Notes: generated by a model from the sequence alone, not told the origin. Positions 21,945-32,064 are shown, counted from the first letter of the stretch. The stretch: DNA of 64,000 nucleotides from an uncultured Gammaproteobacteria bacterium (GCA_963748215.1 CAVVHS010000007.1:160001-224000), one strand, 5' to 3'. Numbers and translations are program-made.

Positions 21945-22555
21945 ATCTTTTTCATTTTGCCGGGCCGGGTCGCGCCGGTGACGCCTGCGGTCAGGGTGAA
22001 GCGCATCGCTTCCTCCATGTTCATGTCGACCGGCCGGATGGCGCTGCGCGGCATCAGTACAGCATAACCACCGATCATGTAACTCAGCGGTAGATAGACC
22101 AGGACGCTGTCCGGTGTGCGAAAATCTTGCGGCAGATTGTCAGGATCGGTCTGGGTCACGAAGCCGATCATCTCCATGCCGTTATCACCCAGCGTCACCG
22201 CCACAACCTGATCGAATTCTTTTTTGTTGTTCGGTGAAAAATAATTCAGGAAGTCGCGCAGTGCCGTATAAATCGATTTGATCACGGGTGTGCGAAAAAG
22301 CAGGCTTTCGCCGTGGGCGAACAGGCGTTGCACCACGTAGGCATGCATCAGTAATCCCACGATGAATGTGACCAGCAGCCCGGCCAGTACACCCATGCCG
22401 GGTTTGTAGCGATCCTCCGGCAGCCACAGGCGAATCATGTCGCCCAGCATGGATTCCGCCGAGATGACCAGCCAGTACAAGAGGTAAAGCGTGAGCACGA
22501 CGGGCAGGATCGTCACCAGTCCGGTAAGAATGTGTTTGCTAATGAATTTCAGCAT
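21941..22555 (-). CDS. DUF502-family membrane protein
   Basis: ILTGLVTILP...T N-terminus, PVIKSIY, IGFVT, VYLP. Confidence 0.85.
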   Translation of the reverse strand: MLKFISKHILTGLVTILPVVLTLYLLYWLVISAESMLGDMIRLWLPEDRYKPGMGVLAGLLVTFIVGLLMHAYVVQRLFAHGESLLFRTPVIKSIYTALRDFLNYFSPNNKKEFDQVVAVTLGDNGMEMIGFVTQTDPDNLPQDFRTPDSVLVYLPLSYMIGGYAVLMPRSAIRPVDMNMEEAMRFTLTAGVTGATRPGKMKKM

Positions 22556-22771
22556 CTGAACTGCCTCCAGTTTGAAACGGTGCCCGGCCCGCAACGCCGG
22601 TATACATAAAGCTCGCTATGTCCGCAAAAAGTAGCACGAAACGGACTCGAAGACCGGGTCAGGCGGGGATCGGCAATGGCAGTTCGGCGCTAACACTGCC
22701 ACTATTGCACCGGTGTGCCGGCCTGTCATGCCGGCGATCAGTTGCCTGCGGTCAACCTGGAGGAGGTCCAC

Positions 22772-23374
22772 ATGTGGTTTACTCGCTGCAAGACGGTCAT
22801 ACTGTGCGTGCTTGCATTTCCCCTGTTAACTGCCATGGCCGCCGATTCCACCCTGATTCTCGATGATCGCAGCACCGGCGACCTGCAATCGACGCAGGGT
22901 CCGGCCTGGCGTCTGGTCACCGACGGTGTCATGGGCGGTGTATCGCAAGGCAGCCTGACGCCGGATACCGTTGCGGGGCGGCCCTGTCTCCGGCTGCGCG
23001 GGGCAATCAGTCTGGATAACCGCGGCGGCTTCCTGCAGGCGGCGCTGGATACCGGGCAGGGCGGTACGCTGGATGCATCCGGTTACGACGGTGTGTTGCT
23101 GGATGTGTATGGCAACGACGAGGAATACAACGTGCACCTGCGCACCGCGGATGTCTGGCTGCCCTGGCAGGCCTATCGTGCGTCCTTCAACGCGGCGCCG
23201 GCCTGGCACACGGTGCGAATACCGTTCAGCGCATTTTCGGGCTATCGCATCCGGGCCGGGCTGGATGCCACTGCCCTGCGACGCATCGGCATACTGGCGA
23301 TCGGGCGCGTCTTCCAGGCGGATCTCTGCGTGGCGCGGGTGGGGTTGTACCGGGACGATGCAGGCAGCCCTTGA
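22772..23374 (+). CDS. CIA30-family protein (secreted)
   Basis: WRLVTDGVMGGVS and SLDNRGGF; GGAGG RBS. Confidence 0.88.
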   Translation: MWFTRCKTVILCVLAFPLLTAMAADSTLILDDRSTGDLQSTQGPAWRLVTDGVMGGVSQGSLTPDTVAGRPCLRLRGAISLDNRGGFLQAALDTGQGGTLDASGYDGVLLDVYGNDEEYNVHLRTADVWLPWQAYRASFNAAPAWHTVRIPFSAFSGYRIRAGLDATALRRIGILAIGRVFQADLCVARVGLYRDDAGSP

Positions 23375-23516
23375 TCAGCCGCCGTTGTTCGCGCATGAGA
23401 TGCGCTCCTACGCCAATAGACACTCCTGCAGGCGCGGACGCGTTCCGCAAAGGAACCGGCTAGCAGGATGCTATTCCCTACAGCACACCTGCAGGGCCGG
23501 CTACGGTCCGTGCAGG

Positions 23517-24479
23517 CTATGACCCTGTGGCCAGGCTGCAACCCGGCTGGCCTGAATACCGGCGCAGGGCGCGCTTGAGGTCTTTCGCAAAGCCTTTCTG
23601 CGCCGGTTCCGCCTGCGCGAACACCTCGCGCGCCTTGTAGAACTCCAGCACCTTCACATTGCTGATGTCCGGGTGCACGTAGATATCGGGGCGCCGCTGC
23701 TTGAGCTTTTCGGCCAGCAGATTGTTGCTCATGACGTGAAAGCTTTGCAGCAGCACACCTATCGACGATAGCTTCTCGCCATTCTCGTTCTCGCGGTTGC
23801 CGCTGACGTCGACGGCGATGACGATGTCGTTGTCCGATTCCAGCAGGTCGAAGGGCAGTGGGTTGGCCACGCCGCCGTCAACCAGCAGGTGGTCGCCGAT
23901 CTTCACCGGTGGAAACACCCCGGGCACCGCCATGCTGGCCTGGATGGCGGGCAGCAGTGCGCCGGAGTCGATGATCACTTCCTGTCCGGTCATCAGCTCG
24001 GCGGTTACCACCTTGAACGGGATCTTCAGCTCGCGGAATCCCCTGGCGGGCATTACCTCGCCGAGGTACTCGATGAAATCGTCGCTGCTGAGCAGGCCGC
24101 CGCCGGCCAGCGCCGGATCGATGAAGTCCAGCCAGCGGATCGACTTCGGCAGCGTGAATATCGAGCGGTCCGCATCGCTCTGGTCGACGAAGAACTGCTC
24201 GATCTGGGCGCGGATGTCGCGGCCGCTCATACCGGCGGCATACAGTGCGCCGATGATGGCGCCGATGCTGCAGCCCGTGATGGCATGCGGGACGATGCCC
24301 ATCTCGTCCAGGGTTTCCAGTATCTGGATGTGCGCCAATCCCTTTGCGCCGCCGCCGCCCAGCGCCAGTCCGACCTTCGGCGTGCCGCCCTTGCCGCAGG
24401 CGGTCAGCGCGAGTACGGCAGTGGCGGCGGTGAATGCGAGGAAATCCCGGCGCGAGAGTACGAACTGGTCAGGCGGCAT
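23517..24479 (-). CDS. Patatin-like phospholipase (Tat lipoprotein)
   Basis: LGGGGAKG, GCSIG (GxSxG), VDGG; SRRDFL Tat motif plus LTAC lipobox. Confidence 0.92.
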   Translation of the reverse strand: MPPDQFVLSRRDFLAFTAATAVLALTACGKGGTPKVGLALGGGGAKGLAHIQILETLDEMGIVPHAITGCSIGAIIGALYAAGMSGRDIRAQIEQFFVDQSDADRSIFTLPKSIRWLDFIDPALAGGGLLSSDDFIEYLGEVMPARGFRELKIPFKVVTAELMTGQEVIIDSGALLPAIQASMAVPGVFPPVKIGDHLLVDGGVANPLPFDLLESDNDIVIAVDVSGNRENENGEKLSSIGVLLQSFHVMSNNLLAEKLKQRRPDIYVHPDISNVKVLEFYKAREVFAQAEPAQKGFAKDLKRALRRYSGQPGCSLATGS

Positions 24480-24569
24480 GGCGTGGTGTGGGTCGTTACG
24501 GACGATGCCGGCAGTATAGCGCCGGCACGGGTCGATGCGTAGGCGCGGATCGTCTCAGCGTGTTTTTCG

Positions 24570-24842
24570 TAGGGTGTGAGACGTGAGACGTGAAAATAAG
24601 AATGGCCACGGAAGCATACGGAAGGACACGAAAAAATAGATGATTGTAGCCGCACAGGATGCGGTGAGCCTGCGAACCGCATCGATCGGTTTTCAACGTC
24701 GCTGAATGCCGGGCAGGGGTGGACGGCGCCCGTGATTTTTTATCCGGGATCGGCCTTGAGAAGCGCCCCTACAGAAATAGATACACCGGTTGATGTAGGG
24801 TGCGTTTTACGCACCGGGGATAGTGCACAGCGTGTACCCTAC
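24570..24842. repeat. REP/composite repeat cluster
   Basis: GAGACGT tandem, GGCCACGGAAGCATACGGAAGGACACG, GGATGCGGTGAGCCTGCGAACCGCATC, GTAGGGTGCGTTTTACGCACC. Confidence 0.8.
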
Positions 24843-24943
24843 GGCCGTGGTCCGTGAACAATGCGTTCGCGGCTCCGCATAAAAACAAACCCCCGCCTGC
24901 GGGCGAGGGTCCGGCATGGAAACCCGGCGCCCGGCGCCAGGCT

Positions 24944-25225
24944 TCAACGCATCTGATACTTGCGGGAGCTGCGCACCAGCGAGCGCACCTTGGACATGTG
25001 ACTGCCCGTGCTGATGATCACGTGGCGCTCGACGTCGTCATAGACGCGCTGGGCATCGCAGTTGGCCGGATTGCCCGAGTTCTCGCATATATCCTTGACG
25101 AAGGCCTGCACACAGACCGGCAGCTGATCGTCGGTGCAGCCGAGGCAGCCATCGAAGGCGTGGTCACAGGCCAGCGCGCCGCCCGCAAACAGGATCATTG
25201 CCAGTATCAGCGCATGTCTGCGCAT
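24944..25225 (-). CDS. Small secreted Cys-rich hypothetical protein
   Basis: Signal peptide, 6 Cys in the mature part, downstream hairpin at ~24890-24910. Confidence 0.65.
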   Translation of the reverse strand: MRRHALILAMILFAGGALACDHAFDGCLGCTDDQLPVCVQAFVKDICENSGNPANCDAQRVYDDVERHVIISTGSHMSKVRSLVRSSRKYQMR

Positions 25226-25469
25226 GGTAAAACCTAACTCCATGATTTATCTCCAAAATCACGATAGTGTCAACAAAACAGTGCCACAGTATACGCCTCG
25301 TTTACCGCAAGCGTAGTACAAATCAACGGCAGGTTTGGGGGAATGTCGAGGGCCAGGGGGTGAAAAAATGTGAATAGTTTCTTGTCAGACAGACGGTTGG
25401 CATGACCTCTTTCGAAAGCCTTCACTTTCCCCATATAAATTGCGCGGATAATTCGAGCGACGCACAGGC

Positions 25470-25700
25470 AGGAGTCGAGACCGTTTTTACGGGCATAGCC
25501 TCGGTCTCACCTTCTCCCCCTGTGCTCCACGACACCTGGACATCCCCGGCAACTGCTCCATGCGTTGTTCTACCTCCTACATCCATGTAGTCGTGCGTCC
25601 CTGCAGTCGTGTCCGTCGTCGCGGGAGACATCGACGATGTGCAGGGATGAAAAAGTGTCGCGGGAGGGCAGGATGCCCGTAGCGACCGCCGGTAGCGACC
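25470..25700. repeat. Dispersed repeat element (GAGACCGTTTTTACGGGCATAGCC / GGTCTCACCTTCTCC family)
   Basis: Same segments at 41554-41593 and, inverted, at 58800-58860. Confidence 0.7.
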
Positions 25701-26021
25701 GATGTGCAGGGAGAAGTCAGACTGCGCAGAAACCGGCGTCAGCGCATAAATAGTCTGAAAATAACAGCGGAAATGGTTCCCGGATCCGCTATACGTGGCG
25801 ACAGCACTCGACTGACGACAGAGGGCGGGGGGTCGCATTAAAGTCTGCTGCCCGGTCTGTCGATTGTGTCACAGGTAAGCTCAGGCCGGGAAACATGTCT
25901 GCCAGCGCTTGAGGCCATCGCAATATCGCGCGTGCTGGCGACAACTGCCAGCGAACGTGCCGGTGTGCCGCCATGACCGGCTATCAACAGCCAGACAAAA
26001 ATCTTCAGGATTGGCGGTGCC

Positions 26022-27083
26022 ATGCAAGCGAGTGTTGTGTCGATCACCAGGCTGAAGGCCGGCCTTGCCGGCCGGCGAGACTGGCTGGCAACCATCCTGC
26101 GTGTACCTCTCGGGGGGGTGCTGGCATGCGCACTGTTGACGGGTTGTACCGTGGTCAACACGGCGGTGCCTGAATCCCGGCCCGGGTCGTCGCCTGAGCT
26201 GCAGGTAGAAAAATCTCCGGTCTACAAGCCGCCCCCGGTGCCGAAATTCCTGCTGCCCGTTGCGATCCTGCTGAGCGATGATGTACCCGCGTATAGCCGC
26301 ATTGCCGATGAACTGGTGACGCGGCTTGCCCGCAGCCACGAGATCATTTCCCTGCATGGCGATCCTGCCGCCGGTGACCAGGCCATCAGCAAGCTGAATG
26401 ATTCCGGTCACGGTTATATTGTTGCCATCGGACCGTTGGCGGCACAAATCGCGCGCCGGCTCACCGGCCGGCAGATCGTCTTCTGCCAGGTCTTCAATTA
26501 TCAGGAATATGGATTGACTGCAGACCACATTCGCGGCGTGAGTATCCTGCCGCCTGCAGAGCTGCAATTCAGCACCCTGAAATATCTCGACACCGGGCTG
26601 AAACAGGTCGGCGTGATCAGCGGTCCGGGGCATGAAGCACTGATCGCTCAGGCGCGCAGTGCCGCACGGCGTCACGGGATCGAGCTCGTTCATCGCGTGG
26701 CGCACTCCGATAAGGAAATGCTCTATACCTTCAAACGCCTGTCACCTGAAATCCAGGGTCTGTGGCTTTTGCCGGATGATCGTATTCTCAGCCGCCGGGT
26801 ATTGCGCGATGTCATGGCATACAGCAACAAACACGGCAAGCAGGTTATGGTTTTCCACCCGGAATTGCTGCGACTCGGTGGACTGCTCAGCGTGAGCGGG
26901 ATTGATGCCGACATCGCGGACCAGGTGATTGTTGCGCTGCGTGCCTCATCTGCCGGTACTGCTCCACCGGCAGCCGGCCTGCTGCCACTGACGCGGATAC
27001 GTATCGAGATCAACGCACAGGGCTTGCAAAAGTTGCACACTCCGGCTGAAACACGACGCCAGGCGGTGACCGATGTCCCGTAA
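26022..27083 (+). CDS. ABC-type substrate-binding-like lipoprotein
   Basis: LLTGC lipobox; IVAIG, GVIS and GLWLLPD motifs typical of the ABC_sub_bind family; start is uncertain. Confidence 0.75.
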   Translation: MQASVVSITRLKAGLAGRRDWLATILRVPLGGVLACALLTGCTVVNTAVPESRPGSSPELQVEKSPVYKPPPVPKFLLPVAILLSDDVPAYSRIADELVTRLARSHEIISLHGDPAAGDQAISKLNDSGHGYIVAIGPLAAQIARRLTGRQIVFCQVFNYQEYGLTADHIRGVSILPPAELQFSTLKYLDTGLKQVGVISGPGHEALIAQARSAARRHGIELVHRVAHSDKEMLYTFKRLSPEIQGLWLLPDDRILSRRVLRDVMAYSNKHGKQVMVFHPELLRLGGLLSVSGIDADIADQVIVALRASSAGTAPPAAGLLPLTRIRIEINAQGLQKLHTPAETRRQAVTDVP

Positions 27084-29697
27084 GCGGCTCCCGGCAGCCG
27101 GGGCATCGAATCCGCACTCGCTGCTGTCCCGGCTGCGGGCGGTTATCCCGCGCATACGCAACGTCGGTACCGGGCGCTCGCGCAGCATGATCAACGACAT
27201 CCTCCTGCTGCAGCTGGTGTTTGCGACTTGCCTGGGATTGCTGGCCATCGGTGGCTTGTGGGCAATTTCAAAGACCGTCATCGGGGATAATCTGCAAAAG
27301 TGGGCGCAGGCCTGGATTACGGAACTGGAGGAGCTCGGTGCGCCACTGTATCAATCCGGGGATGAAGAGCGTTTTCTCCGGGTCGAAAACTATGTTGCGA
27401 ACTTCCCGGAAATTGCCCTGGTCCGCTATTACACGCCGGCAGGGGAGATCCTGTTCACGCTGGACCGCAGGGTGGCGCCTGACAGGTCCGTGCTTGCCCC
27501 GCTCAGCGCCCGGCAGCTGGACAAGCTGCGCACCGCCACCGCACCGGAAAAGCCCTATCTGCTCGACACCTCGACAGCGAGTCAGTCGATGTTCCGGGCA
27601 AGTTCACCGGTCTGGATCGAGTCAATGAGGCCGGCAGACCTGTTGAACCTGGATCTCGACTCAGGGCCGGCAGACCAGGTCGAGTTGATAGGGTACCTGG
27701 AAGTCGTCCTGGATTTCAGCCACTACCAGAACCGTCTCATTGCCGGGATCAAGATCGGCAGCGTGGCGCTCACGCTTGCGCTGCTGCTGGTGGCTATGGT
27801 CGGGCGGTATTTCCTGAAGAGTGCGCTGAAGCCGCTCGCCGATCTCGCGACCCCGCTGGCCCGGCTTGCCGCCGGCGAGACCGAGGTCAGCGTGAAGGCT
27901 ACCGGGCACAAGGAGATCATGGCCATCAGCAACGCGCTGCAGACGACGATTCGTGCGCTGAACGAGCGCGACAGGATGCTGCGCCGGCTTGCACACTACG
28001 ATCCGTTGACGGGATTGCCGAACCGGCGCTTCTTCACCCAGCGACTGGAGGATGAAATCGCCTCGATCGTACAAAGCGCCGGGAGCAGCGCATTGCTGTT
28101 CGTGGACCTTGACCAGTTCAAGTACGTCAACGATACGCTGGGGCATGCCGCCGGTGACCGGGTGCTCGTTCAGGCCGCCGGCTGCCTGCAGGGCAGACTG
28201 CGTGGAAAAGACGAGATCGCGCGCTTTGGCGGTGACGAGTTCACGATAATCCTCAAGGATATCACCAGGGAAGATACAACCCGTCTGGTGGAGGATCTGC
28301 TCAGGTTCATGCAGGACATTCACTTTGTCGAAAACGGCCAGTCAATCAACGTACCGTGCAGCATCGGGGTGACAATGATCAACACCGGGCGATATACGCC
28401 TGACGAGCTGCTTTCCCAGGCAGATATGGCGTGCCACGATGCGAAGGCGCGTGGACGCAACCGCTGTTGTTTCTACGAGATATCCGGTCTGGAAAAGCAA
28501 CGGATGAAAGAGGATATCGGCTGGTCGCACAGAATAAAACAGGCACTGAATGAAAACGGTTTCCTGCTGCAATACCAGCCGATCATCGATTTGGGCAGTG
28601 GTCGCCCGGTCATGCACGAGGTCCTGCTGCGGATGCGCGACAGGAATAATAAACTGATACCGCCTGCCGCTTTCATGCCGGCCGCCAATCGGTTCGGCCT
28701 GATGGCGAAAATCGATCACCTGGTGATTCGCTGTGCCTTGCAGGCACTGGCACGTTTCAGGGAAAACGGTCATCACGTCATCTTCACCCTGAACCTTTCC
28801 GGTTATGCGTTTGAGGATCCGGCGCTGGTCACGTTCGTGCGCGAGCACCTGGAAAAGAACCGGCTGGACCCGTCTGCGGTGATCCTGGAAATTACCGAAC
28901 AGGTCGCGGTAAGGCATCTGGAAAAGGCGCGCGGGTTGATTCAGGAGCTCACGGCAATCGGCTGCCGGTTTGCCCTTGACGATTTCGGCGCCGGCTTCAG
29001 CTCTTTCAATTACCTGAAATACCTGCCTGTTGACTTCATCAAGATAGACGGCGGCTTCGTCAGGAACATGGCCAGCGATCCTGTTGACCAGGCCATGGTG
29101 AAATCGATCATCCAGGTTGCCAATGCGGTGGGCAAACAGACCATTGCCGAATATGTTCAGGATGAAGAAACACTGCAGATGCTGTGTCAACTGGGTGTCG
29201 ACTATGCCCAGGGATTCCATATCGGCAAGCCGGCCGATACCCTGCTCGCCGAGCCGTTTAAACTACCTCACAAAGGTCCGGAGCGGATCGAGTGGCAGGA
29301 CTTTCAGGAGGAATTCATTCAACTTTGCGTCCAGTGGCACCTGCGTGACGAGCCGAGTTACCGGCGGCTCGAAGAGATGATGCTGGAGCGGGGTGTGCCC
29401 GTGCGGCATACAACCATTCATGGCTGGGTGCAGCGTTACAGCCCGGAGTCGGACAATCCCGTGCAAGCCCCGGCGCATCCTGTCAACCGTGATTATCACG
29501 TCGAGGAGACATCTGTCTATGTCAAGGACCAGCGCAAGTATCTGTACCGCGCCATCAGCGCCAACGGCGATACACTGGACTTCATACTTTTTGATGCCCC
29601 CGACAGCTGGGCTGCCAGAGAGTTTTTCCTCAAGCACCTGCAGACAGGTGTAGTCACCGGCAGCGTGTTGAAAGAAACCGGGCAGCTGGCGAAATAA
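27073..29697 (+). CDS. Membrane HAMP-GGDEF-EAL protein with a C-terminal IS6-transposase-derived domain
   Basis: 2 TM helices, HAMP, YDPLTGLPNR, RFGGDEF, EVLLRM, DDFGAGFSS; residues ~740-860 read SYRRLEEMMLERGVPVRHTTIHGWVQRY...YLYRAI...GDTLDF. Confidence 0.9.
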   Translation: MSRKRLPAAGASNPHSLLSRLRAVIPRIRNVGTGRSRSMINDILLLQLVFATCLGLLAIGGLWAISKTVIGDNLQKWAQAWITELEELGAPLYQSGDEERFLRVENYVANFPEIALVRYYTPAGEILFTLDRRVAPDRSVLAPLSARQLDKLRTATAPEKPYLLDTSTASQSMFRASSPVWIESMRPADLLNLDLDSGPADQVELIGYLEVVLDFSHYQNRLIAGIKIGSVALTLALLLVAMVGRYFLKSALKPLADLATPLARLAAGETEVSVKATGHKEIMAISNALQTTIRALNERDRMLRRLAHYDPLTGLPNRRFFTQRLEDEIASIVQSAGSSALLFVDLDQFKYVNDTLGHAAGDRVLVQAAGCLQGRLRGKDEIARFGGDEFTIILKDITREDTTRLVEDLLRFMQDIHFVENGQSINVPCSIGVTMINTGRYTPDELLSQADMACHDAKARGRNRCCFYEISGLEKQRMKEDIGWSHRIKQALNENGFLLQYQPIIDLGSGRPVMHEVLLRMRDRNNKLIPPAAFMPAANRFGLMAKIDHLVIRCALQALARFRENGHHVIFTLNLSGYAFEDPALVTFVREHLEKNRLDPSAVILEITEQVAVRHLEKARGLIQELTAIGCRFALDDFGAGFSSFNYLKYLPVDFIKIDGGFVRNMASDPVDQAMVKSIIQVANAVGKQTIAEYVQDEETLQMLCQLGVDYAQGFHIGKPADTLLAEPFKLPHKGPERIEWQDFQEEFIQLCVQWHLRDEPSYRRLEEMMLERGVPVRHTTIHGWVQRYSPESDNPVQAPAHPVNRDYHVEETSVYVKDQRKYLYRAISANGDTLDFILFDAPDSWAAREFFLKHLQTGVVTGSVLKETGQLAK

Positions 29698-29821
29698 ATT
29701 CGACCAGCGCATTCGCGCATGAGATGCGCTCCTACGCCCGATCGATGCTCCTGCAGGAGCGGATCCCATCCGCGATCATTTCAAACACCGCATCGCGCAT
29801 GAGATGCGCTCCTACGCCTGA

Positions 29822-29931
29822 GGAATCTCTGATTAATTCTCTCTTCGTCATCCCGGCGCATGCCGGTATCCGGATTTATCAATGACCTGGATGCCGGCCT
29901 TCGCCGGTATGACGAATTAATCAGAGATTCC
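29822..29931. mobile_element. MITE-like element: 18-bp perfect TIR enclosing a CGTCAT-type palindromic pair
   Basis: GGAATCTCTGATTAATTC (29822-29839) and GAATTAATCAGAGATTCC (29914-29931); related end at 31223-31268. Confidence 0.65.
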
Positions 29932-30002
29932 CTGAATGATGCACCTGCAGGAGCGGACATGGTCCGCGAACGATGCATGTTATCGCGACTGGTGCCTGCG
30001 GG

Positions 30003-30938
30003 TTATTCCAGCGGCCGGCCGGGCGGCGCCAGTACATGCCCGGCATTGAGCACCACCAGTGTATAGCGCTGGCCGTTCACCTTCGCGGCCAGCCACGGCC
30101 GCACGGTATCGACCAGTTCCTGCCGTGCCACCAGCGTCGGTAATGCCAGCCGCAGGTAGTCGCCTTCGCCGTTGAGGATGACCTGTTCCTCCCCGTCCGG
30201 CAGGTGCTGGATCACGAAGTGGTTCCAGTCCATGCGAATGCCGCCGGCCACCTCGCGCGTGATGGCCGCGGCGAGCGTACCCAGTTCGGCCAGTGCGCGC
30301 CCGCAGGCAGCACGCTTGGCACCGAGGTTTTCCATGCTGAAGAACTGGAACTCCAGCCCGTCACCGCTATCGCACACCGGTCCCGCCTGCTGGCTGAAAC
30401 TCCATTGCGCCTCGGCGCTGCTGACCTCCGGCAGGTACGCCGGGTCGGCGGTTGCCACCGGTTCGTCCAGCAGGCCCTCGCACCGGTTCAGCTCGCAGAA
30501 ACGCGCGATCACGCGCTGCTCGAAGGCGGACTGTTCCTGCATGCGCGGGCTGCTCGCCACCACCGGACGGCCCGCCACGATCAGGTACAGGCTGCCCTCG
30601 GGGCCGGTGCTGAGTTCGACCGGCGTGTCGGGCAGGATACTTTGCGCCAGCAGGGTGTAATCGACCGCCAGCTGTTCGACCGCGGCGGCCCAGCGCCGCA
30701 GCCCGCCCTGCTGTGTGCGGTCGCGCTTGTCGCGGCGCGCGCGTTGCGCCTCGTCGGAGTAGGCCGCGGCCAGCTCCTCGATGGTGGCGCGTGCCAGGTC
30801 GGCGCGCAGCGGCGCGGGCTGCCCGGCAAGGTTCGCCGCCAGGCCGTTCAGCCGGTAGATCGGCGTGACTGACTGTGCCTGCGCCGTTCCCGCCGGCAGG
30901 CTGCAGAGCATCGCGAGTATGAACAGGTATCGATACAC
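30003..30938 (-). CDS. Hypothetical secreted protein
   Basis: Signal peptide MYRYLFILAMLCSLPAGTAQA, 311 aa. Confidence 0.75.
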   Translation of the reverse strand: MYRYLFILAMLCSLPAGTAQAQSVTPIYRLNGLAANLAGQPAPLRADLARATIEELAAAYSDEAQRARRDKRDRTQQGGLRRWAAAVEQLAVDYTLLAQSILPDTPVELSTGPEGSLYLIVAGRPVVASSPRMQEQSAFEQRVIARFCELNRCEGLLDEPVATADPAYLPEVSSAEAQWSFSQQAGPVCDSGDGLEFQFFSMENLGAKRAACGRALAELGTLAAAITREVAGGIRMDWNHFVIQHLPDGEEQVILNGEGDYLRLALPTLVARQELVDTVRPWLAAKVNGQRYTLVVLNAGHVLAPPGRPLE

Positions 30939-31509
30939 TCAGGGCATCCCTGTTGGCATGTCATGGCAAGTCACGTAGTGACGAAGCCATCGTCGGCCGT
31001 GTGATTCATGAACAGGAAAGCTCGCTTCGCTGCGTGCGTCATGACGAAATCCTGGCTGAATGAGGGGCTTCATGAGAAACAGTATACCGGGCCGCTTGCC
31101 CGGACGGGCCTGATGTCGATCAGGATTTTCCGGTGCCGGTCTGTGCCATGATGAAGAACGTGATGGACACAACGCCGCTACCCGCTATCCCGCAGCTGCC
31201 CGCCGCACCGGCCGCGCTGCTCCCGGCATGCGCCGGGATGACGATGAGTGAATTAATCAGAGGTTCCCTGAATAATCGCGCTTGGGAAGCGCTCCTGCAT
31301 TGATAGATACACCTGCGGATCCGGATATCCGCGTAGGGTGCGTTTTACGCACCGGGGAGGGTGCCCAGCGTGCACCCTGCGGGCGCGGTCCGTGTGAAGA
31401 CCTGCTTTTTGCAATCAAACAGCCACATTCTCCCGGAATCCGCAAATCTCATAACCGCTGCTTTGGGTTCTATGTTAGGTTCTGTGACAGTAGCGAAAGG
31501 AGGTGGTGT

Positions 31510-31986
31510 ATGCGTAAACACATAACCGGCGAGGTCGCCCAGAAAACCTCGCCTGCAGGAAATGAGAACTGGCTGGACCTGGATCAGCTGGTGACCGTCG
31601 AGCTGACGTCCGAGGATGCGGCCTATCCGATCGAGTCGGCGCTGCTGGCCGATGGCGGGCCTGGCTGGCGCGCGCAAGACCCCGGAAAGCAGACGATACG
31701 CCTGCTGTTCGACAAGCCGCGCAGAATCAGTCACATCCAGTTGGTGTTTCAGGAAACGGCGCGGGGGCGTACCCAGGAATTCGTGCTGCGCTGGTCCGCG
31801 GGCGGCGGGGCACCCGATCGGGAGATCGTGCGCCAGCAGTACAACTTCAGTCCGCCCGATGCGACCCGCGAACTGGAAGACTATGTCGTCGAGCTCGACG
31901 GGTTGACGGTGCTGGAACTGATGATCATCCCCGATATCAGCGGCAACGACACGCGGGCGTCGCTGGCCCAGTTGCGGCTTGCCTGA
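31510..31986 (+). CDS. Galactose-binding-domain-like (putative carbohydrate-binding) protein
   Basis: AAAGGAGG RBS; WLDL...SEDAAYPIESAL...GWRA...RTQEF...RQQYNFSP pattern. Confidence 0.7.
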   Translation: MRKHITGEVAQKTSPAGNENWLDLDQLVTVELTSEDAAYPIESALLADGGPGWRAQDPGKQTIRLLFDKPRRISHIQLVFQETARGRTQEFVLRWSAGGGAPDREIVRQQYNFSPPDATRELEDYVVELDGLTVLELMIIPDISGNDTRASLAQLRLA

Positions 31987-32064
31987 TCGTTCCCTGCGCG
32001 GCGGCGGCCGAGCTGGACAGGCGGGTCGTGGTTCTGATGCGCGGCGTATCGTCGTGCTGGTCAT

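Noticed and set aside
21130-22093. Short ORFs in repeat DNA (MRKTHP..., MKRRMATE..., RVRFTHR; also at 34.5, 39.1-39.5, 42.4, 44.1-44.7 and 46.6 kb)
   Set aside because: They are translations of REP mosaics in several frames, with no RBS or coding signal
29281-29697. Active IS6 insertion sequence
   Set aside because: No terminal IRs or TSD seen, the DDE core is truncated and mutated, and it has no independent start
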